Below, in pieces: positions 49,144-60,133 of a stretch of 64,000 bases of DNA. Under the pieces are notes generated by a model. That model made no database searches. It had not been told where the DNA came from and saw nothing but the letters and a program-made list of their open reading frames with translations. Made by a program: the position numbers and the translations under genes. Every line of letters starts with the position of its first letter. The first letter of the stretch is position 1. The DNA is from Protoeuglena noctilucae (taxonomy: Eukaryota): assembly GCA_958009085.1 (NCBI GenBank), contig OY253678.1:806001-870000 (forward strand). Reading direction: 5' to 3'.

Positions 49144-52100
49144 TCACTGCGCGGCCTTGATCAGCTCCCTCAGCTCCGCCGCGGACGGCCTCGCTGCCTC
49201 CCCATAACAGGCTGAGCAGAGCTGCTCTAGCCGGGCATATCGCGCCACCAGGTGCGACTGAAAGGCGTCCCACACCCGCGCCTGCAGGCCCGGGCTGCTC
49301 CGGCCCTTGTGCCGAGCCAGCTTGTTGCGGACCGTCGCCAGTCGAGCGTCCAGGCCCTTGAACACCCCCGCAACCACCACGCGCGTGTCTTCCCTGGATG
49401 TTCCCAAATGATACCGCACCTCCTCCTCGCCCACTTTCGGAACCAGAGACTCAATGGCGTCCACGTGAGAGTCCAAGGCGTCCAGGCCAGCACGCGACAT
49501 CTGCAAATGGCGACGCTATGACTCATCGCGTGGCTGGCACCCACAGCAGGCCCGCTCTCGCACCGCCGTCCGTGCCATGCTCTGCGCCTATCAGCCAACG
49601 CAGCAGACGCAGCGAAATGACACCACGCCAATGCCAAACGCTCACCAGCACCCCCACGTAGGCCTTGACGCCCATGCCCACGGCTGACGTGGTCAACCCC
49701 GCCACCTTGCCCACCACCGGGACGTCCCCACGACCAATCGCGCGCATCAGCGCAGCGAGGCCGTCCGCCACCGCCGCGTAGTTCTCCACCCGGACGCGCA
49801 TGGCGTGCACCCCGTGATCGGCGCCCCTTGACGCGGCCTCCACCGCGTTGAGGCATGCAGCAGACAGCCGCGCCACCAGGCAGTCCCGCACCCGCTCCCA
49901 CGACGTCGTCGCCGCCAGCGTCGCGAGAGACGAGGCCAGCGCCGCCCCCGGCCCCGCCCCAGCCCCCGCCGCAGCTGCGGCACGCGCCCCGACCGACAGT
50001 GGCACGCTCGCATCCACCGCCGTCCAGGACAGGCGCACGGGACCGTCCGGGCCCCCCGCGTCCGAGTAAAGCACCGCGCTGAGCAGACCCCTCGAGGCTT
50101 TCCCTGGTGGTGGCTGCAGCAGCGACGCCGCCATCGCCGCCAACTCGCCCAGCCCCACCTCCGCCCCATTCTGCGTGCCAATCAAAGTCACGAGGTTGAC
50201 GACTCAAATCATAGCCTCTCGATCGTTCTGCGACTGCCATGTGCAACTCAGACGCAACCATCCCTGAGATTAAGCATCCCTCATATGTGACCTATTGAGC
50301 ATGCTAATATGTATTGGTGCTTTGCTTGCCTGTGTGTCCGGTTCCGCCTCCGACGCGGCTTTCTGGCCCAGCAGTTGCCCCTGAGTGCTCGTAGACACGG
50401 CCCGCACCACCACCTGTGGCCTGGGGCCCCTGGCCGGGTGACCCGGGGCAGGCGAGGCGCGGCGAAGGTGCGGAGGCGGGCGCAGGGTGGACAGGACCTC
50501 GGCTGCGCGCTGCGAGGCGACGTGCGCGGCGTGGAGCACCTGCGGGAGGGCCTGCGTGGCGTAGAGCACGTGCACGGACTTGACGGCCTTGCTTGTCGGA
50601 GAACGTAGCACGTTCGCCTCGTGGGCCTGCAGCTGCGCCTCCACGGCACCCGCCACCGCCTCCGCCGTCCGCGCCAGGAGCGCCACGATGCCAGAAACGC
50701 CAGGATCCTCCGCCCCCGCAACCCCGGCGCCCTCGGACCCCGCCGAAGCCACGTCGGCCGCCCACGCCCCCAAAACCGCCAGCATCCCCGGGCCCGTCAT
50801 GAAGTCGACCTCGGCTATCTCACGCACGCACTGGGCGAGCACCGCGTCGAGGCCTTTTAAAAGGAAATTCTGCCGCAACATCCCCGCGCTGGTAGCCGCC
50901 ACCGCCGCCGTCGCCCCCGCTGCCCCGTCACCCTCCGTTGCACCCCCCGTCCCCGTCGCCCCTCCCTCCTGCCCCGGGGCTTTGTTCTGTGGCTAATGAA
51001 TGTATGCTACATGAGGTGGCGATGAGATATGGTGCTGATGCAATTGCCACCCTCGCAGCCACACCCCACAGCCCAGCAGCCTCACCTCCGCGCCTGCCCC
51101 CGGCCCCCTGGCCTCCGCGGCGCCGGCGGCCGGCTGGCGATCAAAGGCGGCGGTGAGCTCGAGGTAGGCGACGCGCGCCATGGGTATGACCTTGCGCAGG
51201 CAATCGTACAGCAGACGGACGGGTGCAGCCGAGGCGAGGGCGGCGCGGGCCTGGTCCCCGGCTGGCTGCCCATTGGCCCCACTGACCCCGGCGTCGCTGC
51301 CTAAGGAGGCGCCCGACAGCGACGAGCCGCTCCGGGACGGCGAGGGGCGGTCGGGTGCTGGGAGTAGCGACGCCCCGACCGGCTGCCCTGGAGCGCGGAG
51401 TTCAGCCGCGAGGGCGAGGAGCGGCGCCGCGGCCTCCTGCGCGGCGGCCAGCAGCAGCGCGTTCATCTGCTGTAGGCACAGCCCCTCGAGCTGCCGCGCC
51501 TGGGCGGGGCTCATCGCGCCCATCACATCGACAGCGTCCTTGAATGATCCAAGCACGGCCACCAGGCGCGGCAGGCGTGCGCCCGCGGGGCCCTGGACCT
51601 GCGCCACGCCACGCACGGCCGCGTCGACGGCCACCGTGGTTCGTTCCAGGAACTCTTGTTGCAGAGCACGGAAGCGAAGGCGGGCCTCCTGAGCCACCCG
51701 CATGGAGAGCAGCGACGCGGGGAGTGCGGGGGCGTCGGGACCCGAGGGACCAGGCGCGGGCGCGGGGGTGGTCTCGTTGGGCGGGAGGAGCTGCGAGAGG
51801 CGGCGGTGGAGGGTCCAGGCCGCGGAGACCGTGCCAGTGGCCGCGGGGCCCTGGAGCGGCCCCGCCCGGATGAGCTGCACGGTGGCCTCGTCGAGGGACG
51901 TGGCGCGCAGCAGCTCCTCGGTTCGCTGCAGGAGTCGCCGGTTGTTGGTCGACTGCACCTCCAGAAGGTTGTTCCACGCCTCAATCGTCGACACGTCGCC
52001 TCGCATCTTCTGCAAGCGCGCGTGGAAGGCCTCCAGCCAGTCGTAGAGGCTGTCCAGGCCATTCGATGCCCGCGAGAGCATGTCCATCACGCTGTTGATC

Positions 52101-52650
52101 AGGCCCGTCCCGCCCAGAACCTGGAAAGGCGTGGGAGCGGCCAGCTGTGAGCGTCTGCAGGGTTTCAAGGCTCGCGACGCGGCCCAGAGGTGATGCAGTA
52201 TGGAGACGATGCAACGGAGGTACGTTTTTGGCCCAACAAGCTCACCGCGTACACGTTGGCTGCTTCCAGCGCCTCGAGCTCCCTCGCCAGCTTGGAGTGC
52301 ACCGCCTCCAGCGACTCTTGAGACGTCCCGAGACCCGTCAGCAACTCCTCAAGCTGCTTCTCTTCGGCAAGCGCCTGCGAGGCGGTCGGTGCGCGGCGCG
52401 AGTGAAAGGAACCCTTGCTTCCATGAGCGAGCCAAGCTCCGTGCGCATCCCGACTGAAAACTGCAATGAAACTCGTATATTCGAGGCAGCAGCAGTGACG
52501 CGACGACTGAAGGCCCAGAGCGTCACGCGAGGCAATCCAACGGGAGGGCTACGCCCCCTGTCCCGGAGGTGCGCATTACTGCCCCTCGCGCACCTGCTGC
52601 GCAGCGCCAGTGGCCGGCGGCCGCTGGCCAGCTGCTTCTTTGGGTGCCAT
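49144..52650 (-). CDS. SEC3: Exocyst complex component SEC3 (EXOC1)-like
   Basis: ELEALEAANVYA...DWLEAFHARLQKMRGDVSTIEAWNNLLEVQSTNNRRLL resembles the Sec3 coiled coil. The C-terminus EEEVRYHLGTSRED...VWDAFQSHLVARYARLEQLCSACY resembles the Sec3 C-terminus (both from recall). Putative first exon 52594-52650 (MAPKEAAGQRPPATGAAQQ). Confidence 0.8.
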
Positions 52651-52924
52651 CGCGATCGCTGCTGCCAGCCTCCTTCCGCGTCTCGTTGCCGGGCAGCCCT
52701 TGCTACAAGTGCGACATCATGACCCCGTTTGAGCGCTTTGCTGAGCCTAGCTGCTTGCCACGGCAGTGTCACTGCACTCAAGAGCGTTCGCATCCGGATA
52801 TCTTCTCACAGCAAGAACCGAGTGCTTGAAAACCGAGTGTGCCAGTCAACCAGCATGCACAGCACGGACGGCCATTGCGTCTATAACTCGGCTACCTATC
52901 TAGAATGGTCACAACGCGGGTCTG

Positions 52925-54568
52925 TCAGCCGCTGTGGGAGCCACGAATGCGGAAAATCCCTCTCCCAGGCACGGCACAGAGCACAGTGAGCGGCGGGCGC
53001 TCGATGACCTCACGACTGGGCCACAGACTTGAGCCCCGGGGTCTGCGGGAAACGATACCAGTGCAAGCAACGTCTGCCTCCATGGGGACGGCCCACAAGG
53101 AGCATCACGAAGCAAGCCAAAGACCCTCAGGCACTCACCATGATCGCGGTGACCTTGGCCCCCTTGTCCGTTTCGCTAATGTAGAAGTAGAAGGTGGAGG
53201 AGGTGGACATGGACTGCCCGCGGGTCAGCGTCTTGCTGAAGGAGCAACCCCACTTGATCCAGAAGGCCGATGAAGTGTACGACCGCCCCGATGCGAACGT
53301 GTCACACCGAGCGCCCCGGGGGCCGTAGGCAGCCTGCACCGCTTGCAGGGCTGCGGGGGAGACACGCGTGCGCGGGTGCTGGGCGGTGATTTAGCACTAG
53401 GCGTGTAACTGAGCGTGGCATGCCGGCACTTTTGCGCCTCCTGCCGCCCCTCACCGGCCTTGACATCCTTGGGCCCCTTGTGTGTGGCGGGGCACCCCCC
53501 GGCCCACCACGGCAGCATGCCGCACTCGTACAACGCCGCGCCCTCCGACAGGTTGCCCGTAAACTCGTTCCACCGCGTCACGCTGGGCGTCTCGAAGTCA
53601 TGGAAAAGGCCCTGCGTCAAGTCCGCACATGCTATATGTTGCAGCGCCAGTCCGGCCCCCTTGGCATGGAAATGTCGAGACACAGGCGAGGGCGGATGGT
53701 CCGTCCTGGACTCACCACGAGGTCAGCCTCGACCGCCGCGCGGCTCTTCTTACCGGCGCCGAGGGACAGGCCGAAGGGCAGTCCAAAGGGCAGGGCGAAG
53801 GGGAGGGAGAAGGGCAGGGAGGGCAGGGAGAACGGGAGGGAGAACGGGAGGGCCAGCGAGAATGGCAGGTGGATGTGGTAAGGGAGCGGCAGGAGCGTCG
53901 GGAACAGCACGTCGACCTGCGGGGGGCCGCGGAGAGGGTGGGTTACGCCGCCTGTCCCGCAGTGCGACCGAGGCGCCGTCCTGGACGCGAAACTCGCCGC
54001 GAGAGCAACATCAGGGCTATCTGAGACGAAAAATGCGCATTTGTCTGAAAGATATCCCCAGAAGCCGGCGCCCAGAGCGCTGGCGGAGCCGCCAAATGTG
54101 AGCAGCGCTGCCAGGGCGTGACGGGCCCTCGGGGGGCGATGCCGGGACGAAAGTTCAACCAGCTCGTGCATGATCAGCAAAGGAACTTGTTGCCCACTTG
54201 GAGCGGGGGCCTGGAGCCGCCGGCTCTCCAAGCCTGGCGTTCCAACTCCCCAACGGCAGTGGGGCCGGGACACGCGCTGCGGAGCTGGGGCGTCGCGGCG
54301 CCGGGCCGACTCGCGTGAATTTGAAATCACACGCATCTGACTCGCCCCGGACCTCTGGCGGCGGGCCAGCGAGTGCGACGGGGGTAAGCGAAAAGGGGCG
54401 AGCACGGTGTGGGCCCATCGAGCCTCCGGGACCCTCCAGACTCACCGCCACGATGGAGACGACGACAAGAAGCACCGCAGTCACCACGGTGCCGGCCACG
54501 CCCCGCTTGGGCGCGGGCGCGGGGACCTTCTTTGCCGAGGCCGCCTTGTCGGCCATCTTCGCAGACAT
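52925..54568 (-). CDS. Hypothetical membrane-anchored protein (multi-exon; 3' end uncertain)
   Basis: MADKAASAKKVPAPAPKRGVAGTVVTAVLLVVVSIVA (basic stretch then a TM helix) followed by a GTGAGT donor. Downstream Cys/Trp-containing exons ~53455-53640 and ~53138-53333 are bounded by splice signals. Confidence 0.5.
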
Positions 54569-54911
54569 ATCGGCGCAGGGATGGGTGTGATGCGCGATTT
54601 CCTAGGTTCTGTCGCGAGGGGAGCACGCAACGACCGTCTCTATCGCGAAACACCAGACTGGCGGGAGTGGAACCGGCCCGACGCGGCCAATTGCGCGCCT
54701 AACGACGTTTCTTTGGCTTCAATTGGTCCCGTGGATACCCGTTCCAGCTATCGCGCGCTAGCAGGCTGGGCGACTCCTGAGCTCTTTGCCCCAGGCGGAA
54801 CGTGACGGCCCGGACGCATCCTGGCGTCCGCCGTGGCCACCGGGTGCTTGCAGCGGAGCACGAAGCGGCGCGAGGCCCGCCCCGGCGCGCGCGGCGTCGC
54901 TCGCCATCGGG

Positions 54912-56700
54912 ATGGCAAGCGCGTACTCGGCCGCGAACGCCAAGAACGCGGTCAGCGACGCGCAGCACCGGGAGAACCTCCGCGTGTTGAAGGAGTTCCT
55001 TCAGGAGGAGGGAAACCGCACATGCGCCGACTGCCAGACCAAGGGGCCGCGCTGGGCGTCCGTCAACCTGGGCGTCTTCATGTGCCTCGAGGTGTGTGCG
55101 CGTCCCCGCGTCGCGCTCGAGCGACAACACGGGTGTGCGACGCGCCTTGGAGGGACTGACCGCGGCGTGGACCGCCCGGCCGGCGGCACCTGGTGGCAAA
55201 ACTCGTGGCTAACGCCTGCGCCTCTGCCCTGTGTCCCCGCCGCGCGATCCCCGCTCCTCCGAGCCCCCCGACCCTTCCCCGCGTTGCAGTGTGCCGGCGT
55301 GCACCGTAACATGGGCGTCCACATATCCAAGGTCCGCTCCACGGACATGGACAAGTGGCTCCCGGAGCAGATGCTGTTCATCCAGGCCGTGGGCAACACT
55401 AAGGCCAATCGCTACTGGGAGGCGCGATACACGGGTCCGAAGCCGCGCCAGTGCGACAAGAAGTTCATCGAGGCGAGCCGCGTGTCTCCGCAGCAGGCTC
55501 GCCAGCTGCCTGTGCTGCTGGGGCAGCCCTCGCGAGCCGCCATCGCCGCCGCGCGCAGGACAAATACATCTTCAAAAAGTACATCGACACGAGCGCCACG
55601 GCCCCCGTGTTCGAGAACTTCGCGGCGGGGAAGCTGGGCCCCGCCAACCTGGCAGTGCCCGCTGTGGCGGCCCCCACCGCTGCCCCGGTGGCCCCCGTGG
55701 CAGCCGCGGCCGCTGCGATGGACCTGCTCGGCCTCGATGCGTCCCCGACCGAGTCGACCCGCAGCGCCCCCGCAGCGACCGAGAAGGTGCGACCTCGGGT
55801 GCGTGCATGGACGTCCCCATACCACCGTTGACTAAATGCTCACCGATGCCCGCCCGGGCCACGACCCCGCCCCCATCCTCGCGACACCCGCAGCCCTCCG
55901 CGCACGCGCACGACTGGGCCGCGTTCCACGCCCCGGCCCCTGCCAACCACACCAGCCACGCCCACCACCCCCCTGCCGAGGCACACAAGGGTGGCAACAC
56001 GGTCACGGAGAACCTGGACGCCGACTGGGCGCCCTTTGAGGCCCCGGCCGCCGCGCACTCGCACACCAAGAGCGTCGGCAACAACTCTGAGGTGAAAGGG
56101 CGGGCCGTGACTCACCCACCCCGTTGTACGCATGCATGAGGTGGCGGCGATGGTGCGGGCCCGTCAGCGCACGGCTGCTAACACCGCGGCTCCCTGTCAC
56201 ATATGCAGGCGGACGGCTTCGTGGCATCCCCCGCCCCGCACGTCCCCGCGGGGGTGGCGCACCGGCACACGGCGAGCCTGCCCCAGATGCCGAACGCGGC
56301 TGGCACCCCTGCCAAGAAGCCAACCACGGCGGACATCCTGAGCCTGTTCGACAGCACGCCCCAGCAGCCTGAGTTCGGCACCGGGGCGGCGGCGGCGGCT
56401 CCTGGCTGGGGGCAGCCTGCGCCGATGCACCACCCGTCTCCTCTGGGCAAGGGCGCGGGGGTGGGGCACATGCAGGGTGGCATGCACGGCCACGGACACG
56501 CGCACGGGTCGGGGGTGCACATGTCGTCGCCGCTGGGTGCTGGCGGCATGGGGGGCATGGGCATGGGGATGGGGATGGGCATGGGTGTGGGCGCAGGGCA
56601 GTCGCCAATGCAGCCGATGGGCCAGGGGACCGCCAACGGTGCTTACCACAACCAAGGCGCCAACAACTCCGTCCGTGACCACTTCCAGGGCCTCCTCTGA
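54912..56700 (+). CDS. ADP-ribosylation factor GTPase-activating protein (ArfGAP, SMAP/AGD5-like)
   Basis: NRTCADCQTKGPRWASVNLGVFMCLE|CAGVHRNMGVHISKVRS gives the C-x2-C-x16-C-x2-C-x4-R motif. Low-complexity tail contains DLLGL, DWAAF, DILSLF and an MG-rich segment. Confidence 0.92.
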
Positions 56701-57071
56701 ACCGCTGCCGGTCTCCGAGCCACATTAGTCTGAGCCTCACCGGCCTACCAACCTGAGCCTCACGGGTCAGCGTCTCGTTGCCCATCGCGCAGGGTCGCAT
56801 GCATGGGGACTCCCTCGCATGGTTTTCTTGGATAAGTGCTCCTGTAGCTGCGCCGTAGAAGTGGCTTTCCTTGCGCCGTCCCGGGCGGCAGGTTTGCAGG
56901 GGGGGCCTTGCAGAGGCCGTTCCTCGAGCCATGGTTGCCGGCTTCTTCTCGCTAGGTGCTGCTGCGTAGCCATTTACGCACGTTTCGATGGGGCATGAAT
57001 CGCATAGCCGCACCAAAGCGTGACAGCTCCAGAGAAGCGGGTGGCACGAGCACGGCATCACAGGTGTGGCA

Positions 57072-58342
57072 TCATTGGCAAACCACCTTGGAGAACATCC
57101 CCGACTGCACCCTCTCGCACGTCTGCGAGAAAGGAGCAGGTGTGATGACAGACCGTGTCGAGAACGATGACGTCGGCTTGTCCCTCAGCAAGGCACGAGG
57201 GCTCCCACCTGTGGTGGCATGCACATTGGACAGCCCATCTCATCACTCGCCTTGACGTCGAGGAGCTCGATATCGAAAACCTCGAACTGCTTGGCGGAGA
57301 AGAACGTGGACGGCCCCACGGGGGGACCCAGAGATGGGGGCACGATGATGCGACGCCGCCCACCAACGTTCATCGTGGCCAGCCCTTCCTCAAAGCCGGG
57401 CTGCAGGGGTGGGACAGAGACCTAAGTCTGCTCAGTGTTGATGGAAGAAGCTAGGAGAAGTTTCGGGTGTAGCTGAGCATTCGTAATGGGTAGGCTACCC
57501 ATAATGAGTATGAGTGCGTCGCAAGCCCAGGCTGCTCACGATGAGGACGCCGTTGCCCAGGCGCGTCTGTCCGGGCTGGCCCTGGCGGTAGGAGGAGTCG
57601 ATGACGCGGCCGGACTCGTTGAACGCGATGTAGTTGAACGTGACCTGCTGGCCGGACTGGGGCCGCGGGCCCGCGCCTGCACATCCGCGGGTGGTGCAGT
57701 TGCACTCTGGTCGCCCTGTAGGGCGGCAGGCGAGTGCCAGCGAGGTTCTCAAAAGCCGACTCACCGCTCTCGAAATCCTGCACGAAGAGACCGGTCTCGG
57801 TGCGCGAGTAGCCGTCCGCGATGATCGTCATGTCGTACCCCTCCCGCACGAACGTGGGGAACCCCTGGGGCGCGTTGTTTCCCGCCTGCACCCTGAGATT
57901 GTTGTCGTATACCTGCTTCTGTGTCCGAGACAGCTGCTGCGCAGCGTCGCGGGGGATCATCTCGATCTTGCCGTCGACCTCTTTCGGAGCGGTGGGGTCC
58001 TGCGGCCAGGACGGGGGCCAGCGGGGTGATTCTCCCAGGTGCTGACACAGGCATACGTTTAGAGTCTGCATCGCGCAGGGATCGGCCGAAAGCTTGCCCC
58101 GGGGCGCCCCTCACAATTCCGATCGGGTTGTCCTTCGCTGGTGCCGGTCGCGGAGCCGTGAGCAGCGCCGCAAGTGCGATAAGCGACGACAGAATTCCCC
58201 TGCGACTGATGCTCAAGTCGGCTGGCGCGGCCGCTGCCCGGCACGTGCGCAGGGGTGCGCGAATGCGCGCATTGGGGCGCCGGGTCGCGCTGGCGTAGCG
58301 CCCCTGCGGAACGACCGCGGTGGTGAGTGACTCGGCTCTCAT
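57072..58342 (-). CDS. FKBP20-2: Thylakoid-lumen FKBP-type peptidyl-prolyl isomerase FKBP20-2
   Basis: Transit peptide plus twin-Arg signal (SRRGIL...APA-KD). Motifs NNAPQGFPTFVREG, GQQVTFNYIAFNESGRVIDSSY and GGRRRIIVPPSLGPPVGPSTFFSAKQFEVFDIEL. Last exon TCERVQSGMFSKVVCQ* keeps the characteristic C-terminal Cys pair. Confidence 0.9.
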
Positions 58343-58729
58343 TGATCGTCAAGACGCGGGCGTTGCAAAGGAAATTGTCTAGATGTGCCAGGCAGGGCGT
58401 CGCCCTGAACAGGTGACGTTATTTGCAACAGCTGACGAACGATTTGCATGTAAAAGCAAGGACCACGCAGTCGAGAACACATACAGCGAGTCAGGAGCCT
58501 GGAGAGGCCTGTTAGAGCGGCCAGGGAACGCACGGGCAGTGCCAGTGTTGTGTCTGCCAGGATATCTACGTCAGCGGGGAACTGCCTTGCCCATCAGTAC
58601 TCGCTTGCGACTTCTGCCCCTGTTCGACAGTCAACAGTAGCAGTTGCGCTCACATCTAGGGCCCCTATCAATTGTGGAAAAAGTGGAATTGCTTGCTCCT
58701 GGGTTTGATTGCATATCTGGGGCTCCAAC

Positions 58730-59712
58730 ATGAGCATTGACGCGGATGAAGAGCGCCGGGACCGGGAAGGGCAGAATGGCGCGGCGGCCAGCACCTCGGG
58801 GAGCTCGAAACGTCCCCACTTCCCTGGCTGGAGCGTGGCGTGGGCGCGGTGGAAGGCGACGGTGGAGCCATTGACGCGAAAGCTAGATCCGGGAGAGCTG
58901 GCGAGTCGGCCGTCCGTGGCGCCCTGCATCTGCGATGAACATCCCACGAAGAGGGTGTCGTCTTTAATGCCACACTTGGCTTGTCCACGCAGCCTCCCCC
59001 ACCCCCACCGGGCCTGACGGATTGGTTCCTCGCCACATGCTGGGCTGCTGGGGTCGGAATGCTGTTCGGGGTCATGAACGAGTCGCGGCGGATCCGCACG
59101 ATGGAGGGCCCCACCAGGTTCGTCGCAGCCCCTCCCGCGTTCCTCTCAGGCGCCTAGGCACCCGTCGCCGTACTTATTGACATCGTGTCTATTTCTTCCC
59201 ATTGGCTCGCCGGGTGTCGACTCACCCATCGCGTCGCCCTGCCCCGCAGCAGCACCATCGCGTCGCTGATGCGCAGCGGGGGCAAGAGCGCCCGCGACGT
59301 GGCGCTCGAGGTCAACCGCGAACGTTTCGCGCGAATTGTGCGCGCCTGCAACCGCGGCGGGTACTTCTTCGGCACCGTTGCGGGGGCGTTCGGCCTCTAC
59401 CGAGTCCTCGAGGTCATGTGGGGCGGGTTTGCCCCAGAGCTGTTCGCGGTGGGTGGAGTCCTGTCGGCCTCGACGGCGGCTCTTCTGCGGGGCGTGCCCG
59501 GGCGGCGTCTGCGCAGCGCCCTGGCCCTGTCTGCGCTGGCGGGGCCCGCAGGGCTGGCGGCGGGGCACGCGCGGGTGTGGTTGGAGGAGGTGGAAAGGGA
59601 TCTGAGAGAGCAGAGCGAGCGGGAGAAGCGCGGGGCACACGGGGGCGCGGGAGACGGAGACATGCAGCGCGGGGCGGAGGAGGAGGCGCCCCAGCCGTTA
59701 CAGCTCAAGTAG
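58730..59712 (+). CDS. Hypothetical multi-pass membrane protein (possibly Tim17/22/23-like)
   Basis: ATG 58730. Hydrophobic Gly-rich segments CWAAGVGMLFGV, GGYFFGTVAGAFGL, FAVGGVLSASTAALL and ALALSALAGPAGLAAG, then a charged tail. The family assignment is speculative. Confidence 0.5.
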
Positions 59713-60133
59713 GGCTACGGCCCATGTCCCCGGTGGCCGTTGACGTCGCTCGTAGCACACATGTTCACAATTTGTTCAGATAGAGAGGGCATGTCGTTGC
59801 ATAGGCGCCTGTGCTGGGCTGGCAAACACGCCCAGACTTTGTCAAACAAGGCAGGTGGTCACGAAACAAGCTGACGGGCATCGGATGCAAGTACATGCGG
59901 CTTGCCTAAGGAAAGGTGCGGATAGGTAAAGCCAAGCGTGACTGAAAACAGCAACCACCGTGCGGGTCAGGCGCGTGCTCGCCCCTACACAGTCGAGAAC
60001 ATAAGTAGGCAGACTGAAAAGTGGTCGTGAACAATGCTGCATGCCCTGCACACCAGCGTGCGTCTACACTGTTGCGACGCACGCGCTCTCTGCGCCAGCT
60101 GCGCCCATCTTTCACCATCACTCTGGCACTGAC

